Assembly: GCA_963928635.1 (NCBI GenBank)
Contig: CAWVFT010000020.1
Span: 1-62,558, forward strand
Length of the DNA stretch: 62,558 bases
Direction: 5' to 3'
Origin: Bacillota bacterium
Lineage (GTDB): Bacteria; Bacillota; Clostridia; TANB77; CAG-508
Shown here: one piece after another, positions 39,901 to 48,682 of the stretch
Position numbering within the stretch: position 1 is the stretch's first letter
Layout of the letters: the number at the start of each line of letters is the position of its first letter
The notes under the pieces: model-generated
Seen by the model: only the letters and a program-made list of their open reading frames with translations
Databases searched by the model: none
What the model was told of the DNA's origin: nothing
Position numbers and translations under genes: made by a program

Positions 39901-42056
39901 GGTCTGTTGGATTAAATCCTATGCCAGACGATAAAGAATATAATATCGTTTATGGATTTGGATATGCAAAATATTTGCATAAAAGCAATGGAATAGAACA
40001 AGAATTAGAAATATTTGTACCTAAAGAAGATAGTATAAAAATACAAACATTAAAATTAAAAAACATAACACCTGCAAAAAAGAAACTAAAAATAGTATAT
40101 TATGCAAAACTTGTATTAGGTGAAGATGAACTAAAAAGTAATGGATATATAAATTTAAAATATGATGAAAACAATAATATAATCTGTGCCAAAAATATAT
40201 ATAATTCAGAATTTTCAAATGACATAATATATGTATCAAATAGTGAAAAAATAAAAAGCTATACAGGAGATAAAAACTATTTTTTAGGAACAGGAGGACT
40301 TTCAAATCCAGATGGTTTAAAACAAAGCAATTTAAATAATGAAAATAGCTTAGGCAAAAAGCCATGTGTAGCATATGAAATAGAAATAGAATTAGAAAGC
40401 TTTGGAGAAAAAGAAATAGTATTTATGTTAGGGGCAGAAGAAAGCATAATAGAAAGTAAAAATAAAGCATATAAATATAGCAAATTACAGAATTGCAAAC
40501 AAGAATTAGAAAAAGTAAAACAATATTGGAAAGAAACGCTAAATAAAGTACAAGTATATACACCAATAGAATCAACAAATATAATTTTAAATGGATGGGC
40601 TCTATATCAAACAATAGCAAGTAGATTATTAGGAAGAACTGGATATTATCAATCAGGAGGAGCATATGGATTTAGAGACCAATTACAAGATACTTTGGCA
40701 CTAAAATATATAAATCCAGAAATATTGAAAAATCAAATAATAAAACACAGCAAACATCAATTTTTAGAAGGTGATGTTGAACATTGGTGGCATGACGAAA
40801 CAAATAGGGGTATAAGGACAAGATTTTCGGATGACTTATTATGGTTAGTATTCTTGACAATAGAATATATAAATGTTACAGGAGATAAAGAAATATTAAA
40901 AATAGAAACACCATATTTGGAAGGTAATGTATTAGGAGAAGGGCAAGACGAAAAATACGACAAATATTTAGAAAGCAAAACAGTAGGAACTATTTACGAA
41001 CATTGTAAAAAAGCAATAGAAAAAAGCCTGAACTTTGGAGAAAACGGATTACCAAAAATAGGTTCAGGAGACTGGAATGATGGCCTAAATACAGTAGGAA
41101 ATAAAGGAAAAGGAGAAAGTGTTTGGCTTGGATTTTTCCTATATGATATATTAGACAACTGGATTCAAATTTTAAATGAAATAAAAGAAGACGGAGAAAA
41201 CGAAAAGATTAATGATATACAAAAAGATATAGAAAGATATCAAGAAATAAAAATAAACTTAAAAAAGGCATTAAATACAAATGGTTGGGATGGCAGATGG
41301 TATAAAAGAGCATTTATGGATGACGGGAATGTATTAGGAAGTATGGAAAATGACGAGTGTAGAATAGACAGCATATCACAAAGTTGGAGTACAATTTCAA
41401 ATGCAGGAGATAATGATAAAAAATATATATCTATGGAAAGCTTAGAAAATCACTTAGTAGACAGAGAAAATGGAATAATAAAATTATTAGATCCACCATT
41501 TGAAAAAGGAAAATTAGAACCAGGATATATTAAATCATATCTGCCGGGAGTACGAGAAAATGGAGGCCAATATACTCATAGCAGTTGTTGGGTAATAATT
41601 GCAGAAGCAATGCTAGGGTTTGGAGATAAAGCTTTAGATTTATACAAAATGATAAACCCAATTGAACATTCAAGAACAAAAGCATCAGTTCAAAAATATA
41701 AAGTAGAACCATATGTAATACCAGCAGACATATATGGAGCAGGTAATTTAGTAGGAAGAGGAGGATGGACTTGGTATACAGGCTCATCTAGCTGGTATTA
41801 CAAAGCAGGTCTTGAATATATTCTTGGATTAAAAATAAATAAAGGAATAATGGTGCTTAAGCCATGTATTCCAAAAGAATGGAAAGAATATAAAATAGAC
41901 TATCACTATGGAAAAAGTATTTATCATATTACGGTTAAAAATCCAAATGGAAAAAATACAGGAGTAACAAAAGTTAATTTAAATGGCAAAGAAGTAGAAA
42001 ACAATATTAAACTAGATAAAAACGGTGGTATTTATAATGTGGAAATAGAAATGTAA
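33918..42056 (+). CDS. cyclic beta-1,2-glucan synthase-like protein (GT84 glycosyltransferase plus GH94 phosphorylase-like domains)
   Basis: 2712 aa. TTG start after SD AAGGAGTGG. TM clusters, 'ITLDADTDL', 'WERKRGMINQFN', 'SHDLLEG'. C-terminal GH94 motifs 'GGAYGFRDQLQD', 'GDWNDGLN', 'RENGGQYTH'. Confidence 0.8.
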   Translation: MKENRRLNINGTMLEKSQLDKYLEKIAASHNICTKSDKTTYPIPGLLEDFEFIKEVYDLLNQHLKLEITIHPAGEWLLDNLYIIEEAVKQIKNELTLKKYTNFVGIANGEYKGFARIYVLASEIVAYTDNKIEKENLEEYLKSYQSKKELSMDEIWNIGIFLQIAIIQNIRKVCEKIAASQIEKYKVENIAERLIENKNKNDLIYKNNISLKNKKIIFQDMKYPFIEYMSYTLKKYGKKGIGYLNVLEETVEKLGTTVSEVIQKEHFDIAVQKVLIGNSITSIKNIQRINFLEIFEKINGVEDILKQDPAGVYPIMEYKTKEYYRNKIKEISNKTKISEIYIARKTLEICREKQEKQKETHIGYYLIDKGINELYEKLEYKTRKQIEEKTKTKIYISLILVLSVILSAILATIINSKINNIVIFILSFIIFFIPTTEITIQIIQYILSKIVKPKLIPKIDFSNGIDKENSTMVIIPTILDSKEKVKELMEKLEVYYIANKSPNIYFTLLGDCTESIKKEEDFDKEVIEEGLKQTEKLNKKYSKENENKNLKLFNFIYRKREWNDKEGSYLGWERKRGMINQFNRYILGKISNPFLENTIERYGKENIKYIITLDADTDLILNSAEKLVGAMAHILNKPVIDEEKNIVVDGYGIMQPRIGINLDLCYKNLFTKIFAGDGGIDCYTNAISDIYQDNFKEGIFTGKGIYDLKVFEKVLEKEIPENTVLSHDLLEGCYLRCGLVSDVMLMDGYPTKYNSFMNRLSRWIRGDWQIIKWLKNKKLNLLSKYKIFDNLRRSLVEISLIISLIYLSIISAIYKTKETGIFVAVILISILPFILEFLDVLIFKKEGEEKQRTFTPKISGIKGIAIRATLTFGNLPYKAYVSLKSICKTIYRVLFTHKHLLEWTTSEEAEKQAKSDLFSYYKQMFINLIFGAISLILGIYKRNIFVFLIAMIWLVTPVIMCEISKTKAKKQKIEELNKKEKEYVKEIAKNTWEYFEKYLTKENNYLITDNYQEGRFPEIIPRTSSTNIGLSLLDVVSAYDLNFIELEKCLEYIDNIMLTIDSLPKWNGHLYNWYNIKTKEPLNPKYISTVDSGNFVGYLYTLKMFLKEIKEPIINNLKEIIENNIERIDNIINNTDFSMLYDKEHQLFSIGFNIEENKLTDSYYDLLASEARQTSLVAVAKKDVPTKHWNSLSRTLTVLGKYKGLISWSGTAFEYLMPNINIPKYEGSLLDESCDFMIMNQIEYARKLNIPWGMSEAAFNLKDLQGNYQYKAFGLPWLGLKRGLADEMVVSSYGTILAIPDYPKKVIENVKLMENYGMRGKYGLYESLDFTPERVEKGKISTPVKTFMAHHQSLILLSIDNLFNQNIFQKRFMENPEMKAVSILLQERMPEKAIITKENKEKIEKLKYKDYEDYIQETYDKIDERLIRGNVISNEKYVIAMNQKGNGFSKYKDIYVNRFKNTSDYNQGIILSFKNIKTNNIWSSIYEKSSKGKYKITFTPDKMKQEILSENIKTKIETIVSPNEAVEIRKITLENQGNAEEVLEITSYFEPVLSKKEQDYAHPAFNNLFLIFAYDEETNSLIVKRKKRELHDKEMYLGANLSTNSETIGDLEYEIDEEKFIGRGNFGKPQMVVNSNPLSKKIGLVTEPIVALKRTVKIEPNEKTTINLIISVSEEKEEVLNNIKKYKMEENIEKAFELSKAQIEAHSRYLRIKGKEIKEYEKILSYIIFSNPAKKLILDKLPKRTYLQSDLWKYGISGDLPIILVKIKDINDSYIIGEVLKCYEFIKTKQIEVEVVILDEEKYSYENYVREEIENIILNKHMSYLKNIRGGIFELNKNEMERKDREHLEAVSTIIIEANKGGIKNSIQEIEDEYLEKTKINEIDERNQIIPNDETESMNIIQNNKNLKYYNELGAFSPDGKEYYITVNKNNRLPIVWSQILANEKFGTLVTESLGGYTWYKNSRLNRVTSWENRPTMDPPSESIFIKDIENSKTWSVGLNPMPDDKEYNIVYGFGYAKYLHKSNGIEQELEIFVPKEDSIKIQTLKLKNITPAKKKLKIVYYAKLVLGEDELKSNGYINLKYDENNNIICAKNIYNSEFSNDIIYVSNSEKIKSYTGDKNYFLGTGGLSNPDGLKQSNLNNENSLGKKPCVAYEIEIELESFGEKEIVFMLGAEESIIESKNKAYKYSKLQNCKQELEKVKQYWKETLNKVQVYTPIESTNIILNGWALYQTIASRLLGRTGYYQSGGAYGFRDQLQDTLALKYINPEILKNQIIKHSKHQFLEGDVEHWWHDETNRGIRTRFSDDLLWLVFLTIEYINVTGDKEILKIETPYLEGNVLGEGQDEKYDKYLESKTVGTIYEHCKKAIEKSLNFGENGLPKIGSGDWNDGLNTVGNKGKGESVWLGFFLYDILDNWIQILNEIKEDGENEKINDIQKDIERYQEIKINLKKALNTNGWDGRWYKRAFMDDGNVLGSMENDECRIDSISQSWSTISNAGDNDKKYISMESLENHLVDRENGIIKLLDPPFEKGKLEPGYIKSYLPGVRENGGQYTHSSCWVIIAEAMLGFGDKALDLYKMINPIEHSRTKASVQKYKVEPYVIPADIYGAGNLVGRGGWTWYTGSSSWYYKAGLEYILGLKINKGIMVLKPCIPKEWKEYKIDYHYGKSIYHITVKNPNGKNTGVTKVNLNGKEVENNIKLDKNGGIYNVEIEM

Positions 42057-42194
42057 AATCAAAAGACCTGCATAGAAAGCATGTGGGTCTTTTATCCAGC
42101 AACAAATATTTATTAAGAAACTACTTGTATATTAAAAATAATTGTGATATAAATATACTAAGTAAAAATTAAGCTAAAGAAAGGCGGAATTTTT

Positions 42195-42941
42195 GTGGAA
42201 GAAAATATAGATAAGGATGTAAAAACAATATTAATTGTAGATGACGAACAACCAATAATAGATGTTCTAGTATACAATTTAAAAAAGGAAGGATATAGAA
42301 CAATAGAAGCAAATGACGGAATAACAGCAGTAAATATGGCATTAGACGAAAAACCAGACTTAATGCTATTAGATATCATGCTTCCAAGATTAGATGGATT
42401 ATCTGTATGCAAAAGAGTAAAAAATTCAATGAATATACCAATAATAATGTTAACAGCAAAAGATAATGAAATAGACAAAATATTAGGACTAGAATTAGGA
42501 GCAGATGACTACATAACAAAGCCATTTAGTGTAAGAGAACTTGTGGCAAGAGTAAAAGCTAACTTAAGGAAAGTGGAGACAGTTTCTAATGTACAACAGT
42601 ATATACCAAGTAATCAAGAAAAGAAAAAAGAAAATAAAATAATAGTAGGGGACCTAGAACTTAATTTAGATAAATTCGAAGTAAAAGTTAGGGGAGAAGT
42701 AATAGACTTAACATTGCGAGAATTTGAAGTATTAAAATTCCTAGCAACACAACCAGGACAAGTAGTAACAAGAGAAATATTGCTTGAAAAAGTATGGGGA
42801 TATGAATATTATGGAGATATAAGAACAGTAGATGTTACTGTTAGAAGAATTAGAGAAAAAATAGAAAAAGACACATCTGCTCCAAAAATATTAATCACAA
42901 AAAGAGGAGTAGGATATTACGTACAAGGAGATAAGAACTAA
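42195..42941 (+). CDS. OmpR/WalR-like response regulator with no adjacent histidine kinase
   Basis: GTG start. Receiver 'ILIVDDE', 'LMLLDIMLP', 'MLTAKD'. Winged helix 'LTLREFEVLKFLA', 'VDVTVRRIREKIE'. Confidence 0.85.
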   Translation: MEENIDKDVKTILIVDDEQPIIDVLVYNLKKEGYRTIEANDGITAVNMALDEKPDLMLLDIMLPRLDGLSVCKRVKNSMNIPIIMLTAKDNEIDKILGLELGADDYITKPFSVRELVARVKANLRKVETVSNVQQYIPSNQEKKKENKIIVGDLELNLDKFEVKVRGEVIDLTLREFEVLKFLATQPGQVVTREILLEKVWGYEYYGDIRTVDVTVRRIREKIEKDTSAPKILITKRGVGYYVQGDKN

Positions 42942-43005
42942 TGGTTCAACGGGGACAGGTCCCAACAAACCAAAAATGGTTCATTGGGGACAGGTCTTAA
43001 TTAAC
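42942..43005 (+). repeat. family-2 element (two GGTTCA..GGGGACAGGTC boxes 35 nt apart)
   Basis: Begins at the base after the response-regulator TAA and ends just before its terminator hairpin. Confidence 0.75.
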
Positions 43006-43011
43006 AAAAGT

Positions 43012-43053
43012 GTTCAAAAAGGCTAGAACAATTATCCTTTTTGAACTTTTTTT
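43012..43053 (+). terminator. rho-independent terminator of the response-regulator gene
   Basis: gttcaaaaagg-(13 nt)-cctttttgaac followed by TTTTTTT. Confidence 0.7.
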
Positions 43054-43087
43054 GTAAAAATATAAAAGAAAATAAAGAGGTAAAAAA

Positions 43088-44143
43088 ATGAATAGAAAAG
43101 AAACAAGAAAAGTAATGGTAGGTAATGTACAAATAGGAGGACAAGATAAAGTAGTAATACAATCAATGTGCAATACAAAAACAAAAGATGTAGAAAGCAC
43201 AGTGAATCAAATTTTAGAATTAGAAAAAGCGGGATGCGAAATAATAAGAGTAGCATGTTTAGATATAGAAGATGCAAAAGCAATAAAAGAAATAAAAAAA
43301 CAAATAAATATTCCAATAGTAGCAGACATACATTTTGATTATAGAATAGCATTAGAGGCAATAGAATCTGGAGTAGACAAGGTACGTATAAATCCAGGCA
43401 ATATAGGCTCAGAAGAAAGAGTAAAAATGGTAGTAGACAAGTGCAAAGAACACAAAATTCCCATAAGAATAGGAGTAAATGCAGGTTCTTTAGAAAAAGA
43501 TTTATTAGAAAAATATGGAGGAAAGCCAACAGCAAAAGCTATGGTAGAAAGTGCCAAAAGACATGTAGATATATTAGAAAAATTAGATTTTTATGACATA
43601 CTAATATCTTTAAAAGCATCAAATTTAGATTTATGCATAGAAGCATATGAAGAAGCTTCTAAAGAATTTCCATATCCATTGCATTTAGGAATAACAGAAG
43701 CAGGGACAGAATTTAGTGGGACAATAAAATCAAGTATTGGATTAGGATATATGTTAAGAGAAGGAATAGGAGATACAATGAGGGTATCATTATCAGATGA
43801 CCCAATAAAAGAAATAAAAGTTGCAAAAGAAATTTTAAAAGACTGCAACTTATTCAAAAAATCTCCAACTTTAGTTGCTTGTCCAACATGTGGAAGAACA
43901 CAAATAGACCTAATACCAATAGCAAAAGAAGTAGAAGAATTTTTGCAAACAATTGAATCTGATATAACAGTTGCAGTAATGGGATGTGCAGTAAACGGAC
44001 CAGGGGAAGCAAGAGAAGCAGACATTGGAATTGCAGGAGGAATAAAAGAAGGACTTTTATTTAAAAAAGGAGAAATCATAAAAAAAGTCAAACAAGAAGA
44101 TATTGCAGAATGTTTAAAAGAAGAAATATTAAAAATGATATAA
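43088..44143 (+). CDS. ispG: 4-hydroxy-3-methylbut-2-en-1-yl diphosphate synthase
   Basis: 351 aa. 'VRINPGNIG', Fe-S Cys motifs 'ACPTCGRT' and '[10 protein letters not shown]'. Confidence 0.95.
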   Translation: MNRKETRKVMVGNVQIGGQDKVVIQSMCNTKTKDVESTVNQILELEKAGCEIIRVACLDIEDAKAIKEIKKQINIPIVADIHFDYRIALEAIESGVDKVRINPGNIGSEERVKMVVDKCKEHKIPIRIGVNAGSLEKDLLEKYGGKPTAKAMVESAKRHVDILEKLDFYDILISLKASNLDLCIEAYEEASKEFPYPLHLGITEAGTEFSGTIKSSIGLGYMLREGIGDTMRVSLSDDPIKEIKVAKEILKDCNLFKKSPTLVACPTCGRTQIDLIPIAKEVEEFLQTIESDITVAVMGCAVNGPGEAREADIGIAGGIKEGLLFKKGEIIKKVKQEDIAECLKEEILKMI

Positions 44144-44177
44144 TACAAAATAATTGTAAAGTTGAAAGGAAATTTAA

Positions 44178-45029
44178 ATGGAAATTATAGTAGGAAAAAC
44201 AGCAGGATTTTGCTATGGAGTAAAAAGAGCTGTAGACGGAGCGAAAGAAATTGTTAAAAACAATACAAACATATATTGCTTAGGAGAATTAGTGCATAAT
44301 AAAGAAGTTATAAAAGAATTAACAGAGCAAGGCATGAAAGTTATTAATAATATTAATGAAACAAAAGGAACAACAATAATAAGAGCACATGGAGTAGAAA
44401 AAGAGATATACAATATAGCAAAAGATAAGAATATTAAATTAGAAGACTTTACATGCCCAAATGTATCTAAAATACACGAAATAGCACAAGAATATGCTGA
44501 CAACAATTATTATATATTCTTGTTCGGAAGCAAAGATCATCCAGAAAATATTGGAACGATAAGTTTTTGTGGAAATAATTATTCTATAATAAATAAAAAT
44601 GAAGATATAGAAAAAGCAATAAAAGATTTAAAACAGTCTAATAAAAAGAATTTATTAATAATTTCACAAACAACATATAGCTTAGAAAATTTTAATAAAT
44701 TTACAAAACTAATAAAAGAAGAATTAGAAAAAGAATATCATATAACTATAAAAAATACAATTTGTAGAGCAACAGAATTAAGACAAAAAGAAACAGAAGA
44801 AATCGCTAAAAAAGTTGATTTTATGATAATAATTGGAGGAAAAAATAGCTCTAATACGCAAAAGTTATTTAATATTGCAAAAGAACATTGTAAAAATGCT
44901 ATATCAATAGAAAGTGTAAAAGAATTAAACATAGAAAATATTAAAGAATACGAAAAAATAGGAATAATGGCAGGAGCATCAACGCCCCAAAAAAGCATTG
45001 ATGAGATTTTAAAAGCTTTAAATACTTAA
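44178..45029 (+). CDS. ispH: 4-hydroxy-3-methylbut-2-enyl diphosphate reductase
   Basis: 283 aa. 'GFCYGVKRAV', 'GELVHN', 'TICRAT', 'GGKNSSNT'. Confidence 0.9.
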   Translation: MEIIVGKTAGFCYGVKRAVDGAKEIVKNNTNIYCLGELVHNKEVIKELTEQGMKVINNINETKGTTIIRAHGVEKEIYNIAKDKNIKLEDFTCPNVSKIHEIAQEYADNNYYIFLFGSKDHPENIGTISFCGNNYSIINKNEDIEKAIKDLKQSNKKNLLIISQTTYSLENFNKFTKLIKEELEKEYHITIKNTICRATELRQKETEEIAKKVDFMIIIGGKNSSNTQKLFNIAKEHCKNAISIESVKELNIENIKEYEKIGIMAGASTPQKSIDEILKALNT

Positions 45030-45037
45030 ATAAATAC

Positions 45038-45296
45038 AAAGTTAAAATATGTAAAATTGTAATATCTAGTTTTATAGCTTTAATATAATTATTTTGAAAA
45101 GTTTTTCGTTCAAGCTAATTTTCGTAGAAAATCTAAATGAATTTTACGGCACCCTTCAAGGTAAACTTGAACTCTTTCCGTAAAATTCATTAATATTTTC
45201 TAAACTCAATTACTTTCAATTCAAAACTTTTCAAAATAATTATATTAAAGCTAAATAGAATTTGAGAATAACTTACAATTTTACATATTTTAACTT
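45038..45296. repeat. ~259-bp palindrome: the same ~172-bp core inside a different, perfect 25-bp outer inverted repeat
   Basis: 'aaagttaaaatatgtaaaattgtaa' (45038-45062) is the exact reverse complement of 45272-45296. Confidence 0.8.
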
Positions 45297-45354
45297 TCAA
45301 AATCAAAAAATTATGAAACTTATCACTAAACAATAAATTTATAGGTTCTCAAAA

Positions 45355-45377
45355 TGTCGAATAACGCGACGAAAAGT
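45355..45377 (+). promoter_or_regulatory. second copy of the TGTCGAA-containing motif, upstream of the PDDEXK_2 gene
   Basis: See 15824-15846. Lies 176 nt upstream of the CDS. Confidence 0.35.
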
Positions 45378-45399
45378 CTAGAAAATCAATAAAAAACAC

Positions 45400-45428
45400 T
45401 TGACTTAACATAAATTTAAGAATATACT
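45400..45428 (+). promoter_or_regulatory. sigma-A-type promoter upstream of the PDDEXK_2 gene
   Basis: TTGACT, 17 nt, TATACT. Confidence 0.45.
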
Positions 45429-45530
45429 TATTACATAAATGAATTATAATTCTTTTTATCAATAATTTTTTATCTATATTAATTCCCAAAAAACAAAATA
45501 TCAAAAGAAAGGAGGAAATGTATTACATAA

Positions 45531-46151
45531 ATGAATCAAAAACTTATTGCTAAAAGCAATTTTGTTCTAGGAGAAATTTTAAATTCTAATGGTAGTTTAG
45601 ACATACTACAAGATTTCATAGAATCAATTTTGAAAATAAAAATAGAAAATATAAAGTTAAATCATCAAAAAGACAAGGATAAAAAAGAATCTAAAAAAAT
45701 TGGAATCGTAGATGTCAGAATCATAACAGAAGATAAAGAAGAATTAAATGTTGGAATCCAAATAATTGATGGAAAATACATACAAACCAAATTATTATTA
45801 TACTATGCACAAGTGCATAATTATCAATTAGAAACTAATGATAAAATTGCAAAAACAATTACAATTAACATACTAAATGAAAATTATTACGAAACATATT
45901 GTTATCATCAAAAAGTATTATTAAAAAATAAAGAACCTAATTTGCATGAAGAAGAGATAGAATTACATATTATAGAATTGCCAAAATTCCAACCAATATT
46001 TTTACATCAACTAAATAAAGAAGAACAATGGATTACATATATAAAAGGACAATATATAGAAGAAATCGATAGGGTTAAAAGAATGAATTACAAAATAAAT
46101 AAATTAGACAAGTTAGTTGATAATTATTGGAAAGAAGAAGTAATAGAATAA
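45531..46151 (+). CDS. PD-(D/E)XK nuclease-family putative transposase (PDDEXK_2 / Rpn-like)
   Basis: 206 aa. 'VDVRIITEDKEELNVGIQI..KLLLYYAQ' and 'ELHIIELPKF' fit the family. The usual 'IEiQ' Glu appears replaced by Gly ('VGIQ'). SD spacing to the ATG is long. Confidence 0.55.
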   Translation: MNQKLIAKSNFVLGEILNSNGSLDILQDFIESILKIKIENIKLNHQKDKDKKESKKIGIVDVRIITEDKEELNVGIQIIDGKYIQTKLLLYYAQVHNYQLETNDKIAKTITINILNENYYETYCYHQKVLLKNKEPNLHEEEIELHIIELPKFQPIFLHQLNKEEQWITYIKGQYIEEIDRVKRMNYKINKLDKLVDNYWKEEVIE

Positions 46152-46174
46152 AAAATATAAAATACAATTAAAGC

Positions 46175-46214
46175 AAAGAATCCAACTGCCCCTTGGTTGG
46201 ATTCTTTATTTTTA
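46175..46214. terminator. bidirectional terminator between convergent genes
   Basis: aaagaatccaac-tgcccctt-(g)gttggattcttt flanked by A- and T-tracts. Confidence 0.75.
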
Positions 46215-46233
46215 AAAAGTATTTTTATCAAAA

Positions 46234-48585
46234 TTAATGATTATCACCTGAAGAAGATTTTAAATTAACCGTAATAACAGTACCTTCTTCGACATTTGTA
46301 TTTTTAGGTGTGTTTTGAGAAATTATAACACCACTACCATTAAGTGAAATATTTAAATTTAGAGCTTTTAAAGTGCTACTTGCTTGAGAAGCGTTCATAC
46401 CAGTTAAATCAGGAACAGTAACCGAAGTTCGAACTGAATTATCAGCATCATATAGAATTACTATAGAGTTTTTAGATAACTGAGTACCTGGTTTTGGAAC
46501 TTGATCTACAACTGTTGTACTATTTTTATCATTATTTGTAGATATTTTAGTTGTAAATCCAGCATCTTTTAATATTTTTTCTGCTTCTGTAATAGTTTTG
46601 TTTCTAATATCAGGAACGCTAATCAAATTAGAGTTTGAAGTTACTGTATCAGATGGTACATTTAAATATGGTAAAATTTCAGTAAGCATTTGTGATACAA
46701 CAGGACCTGCTACTTGACCACCTTGATGTCCATTTTCCTCGTTTTGAGGACCATCTAAAATTAACAATAGAACTACTTGTGTATCTTCTACAGGAGATAT
46801 GGCAACATATGAAGCGACATAAGTTTGATCAACATCACCAGCTATTGGCTCTGAAGTACCAGTTTTACCACCTATAGAGTATCCAGAAACTTTAGCATTA
46901 CCACCAGTACCTTTAACCACAACAGATTCCATCATAGATTTAACAGTTTCGGCACTTTCTTTAGAAAGCACTTGTCTTACTTCTTCAGGTTCAATATTTG
47001 TAACAGCACCAGTATCTGTATTAGTTACTTGCTTAACAATTCTTGGTTTCATTAAGACTCCGTCATTTGCAACTGCAGAAATAGCCGTAATCATTTGTAA
47101 AGGTGTAATATTTAGTGTTCTTTGACCAAAAGATGCAGTAGCAAGTTCAACTGGTCCGACATCTTCTAATTTAGTAAAAATAGAATTTGCTTCACCACTT
47201 AAATCAATATCAGTTTTATCAAAAAGACCAAAAGCATCATAATATTTATATAAAGTTGAAGCTCCTATCCTAGCAGCAAGTTGCATAAAAGCAGGGTTAC
47301 AAGAATTCATAAGAGCTTGTCTTAAAGACTGTTCACCATGAGGGTTATAATATCTCCAACAATCAATTTTTAGAGGTTTACTAGAAGCAGAATCTTGGAA
47401 AAGCTCATATCCAATACAATTAAAATCTCCATCAACATCAGAGCCAGTAATTTGCTCTTCTATTGCAACAGAAGCAGTAATTACTTTAAAGACAGACCCA
47501 GGCTCATATAAATCAGATATTGACTTATTTTTCCACATTGAGAAAAGAACATTGCTTTTTTCTTCATATGATAATGAGTCATAATTAGAAGAAACTTCTG
47601 AAGTTACTGTTTCAGGTTCATTTAAATTATAATCAGGATAATTTGCCATAGCTAAAATATCACCAGTTTGAGGATTCATAACAATACAAGAACCACCATT
47701 TGCACACTCATTATCTATGCAAGCTTGTTTTAAATATTTTTCGATAATTGACTGAATATTTAAATCAACAGTTAAAGTCAAGTTACTACCATTTTCAGGA
47801 GCTATGTAAGACTGTTCCGCATTTGGGATTTCCTGTTGGCTACCATCTTTTGCACTTACAATTTTTCCAGGAGTACCTGTTAAAGTAGAGTCCCAAGAAT
47901 ATTCAATTCCATATTTTCCATCATTATCATCACCACAGAAACCTATAACATGTGATAATAAATTATTATAAGGATAATATCTTTTTGTATCTTCATCAAT
48001 ATTTATTCCAGCAGAAACGTCATTTTCGTCCATCCAAGCTTTTAAAATATCGATTTTATCTTGTTCTACTTTTTTTACAATGGTCTCTACCTGTGAATTA
48101 CTATTAACCTTTTTTAAAACATCATCATAATTAAGCCCGAAAATATCAGAAAAAGCTTTTGCTACTTTTTCTTTTAATTCTTTAGTTTTTTGCTCATCAT
48201 CATCTTTATCCTTTATACTTTTTGGATTAATTGTGACAGTATCAACTTGAGCACTAGTAGCTAAAACTTTGCCTGTACTATCATAAATATTACCTCTTTT
48301 AGGACTAATTATCTGATTTATTGCCTGTTGTCTATATGCAAGCTCTTTTAATTCTCCACCTTGAACAAATTGTAAAAAGCCAATTCTTACCACTAGTAAT
48401 ATAAAAAGTATAATAATTACTGCAAATATTCTTTTTACCTTTTTTGCATTTATGAAATTCTGAGAAGAAAATTCACTATTAATTGTGACCACTTTATCAG
48501 AATTATTATGAGATTTATGCACACTTTTTACACTTTTTGTGGATTTTTTATTATGATTTTTATTATTTAAAGATTTCTTTTTCAT
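46234..48585 (-). CDS. spoVD: class B penicillin-binding protein with two PASTA domains (SpoVD/PBP2B-like)
   Basis: 783 aa. TM anchor, dimerisation domain, SxxK 'SVFK', SxN 'SCN', 'KTGT'. Two C-terminal PASTA repeats. Confidence 0.8.
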   Translation of the reverse strand: MKKKSLNNKNHNKKSTKSVKSVHKSHNNSDKVVTINSEFSSQNFINAKKVKRIFAVIIILFILLVVRIGFLQFVQGGELKELAYRQQAINQIISPKRGNIYDSTGKVLATSAQVDTVTINPKSIKDKDDDEQKTKELKEKVAKAFSDIFGLNYDDVLKKVNSNSQVETIVKKVEQDKIDILKAWMDENDVSAGINIDEDTKRYYPYNNLLSHVIGFCGDDNDGKYGIEYSWDSTLTGTPGKIVSAKDGSQQEIPNAEQSYIAPENGSNLTLTVDLNIQSIIEKYLKQACIDNECANGGSCIVMNPQTGDILAMANYPDYNLNEPETVTSEVSSNYDSLSYEEKSNVLFSMWKNKSISDLYEPGSVFKVITASVAIEEQITGSDVDGDFNCIGYELFQDSASSKPLKIDCWRYYNPHGEQSLRQALMNSCNPAFMQLAARIGASTLYKYYDAFGLFDKTDIDLSGEANSIFTKLEDVGPVELATASFGQRTLNITPLQMITAISAVANDGVLMKPRIVKQVTNTDTGAVTNIEPEEVRQVLSKESAETVKSMMESVVVKGTGGNAKVSGYSIGGKTGTSEPIAGDVDQTYVASYVAISPVEDTQVVLLLILDGPQNEENGHQGGQVAGPVVSQMLTEILPYLNVPSDTVTSNSNLISVPDIRNKTITEAEKILKDAGFTTKISTNNDKNSTTVVDQVPKPGTQLSKNSIVILYDADNSVRTSVTVPDLTGMNASQASSTLKALNLNISLNGSGVIISQNTPKNTNVEEGTVITVNLKSSSGDNH

Positions 48586-48682
48586 AAATAAATCACCATT
48601 CTTTTGTTAATTTTACTCATATTTTATAATAAGAATATGAAAAAAGCAACAAAATTACATAGAATTTACAATTATATAATTA

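Noticed and set aside
7142-43005. Could the recurring GGGAC-containing repeats be a CRISPR array?
   Set aside because: Copies are scattered over 36 kb at separate gene ends, in both orientations. There is no run of three or more evenly spaced direct repeats with unique spacers, and no cas genes are present.
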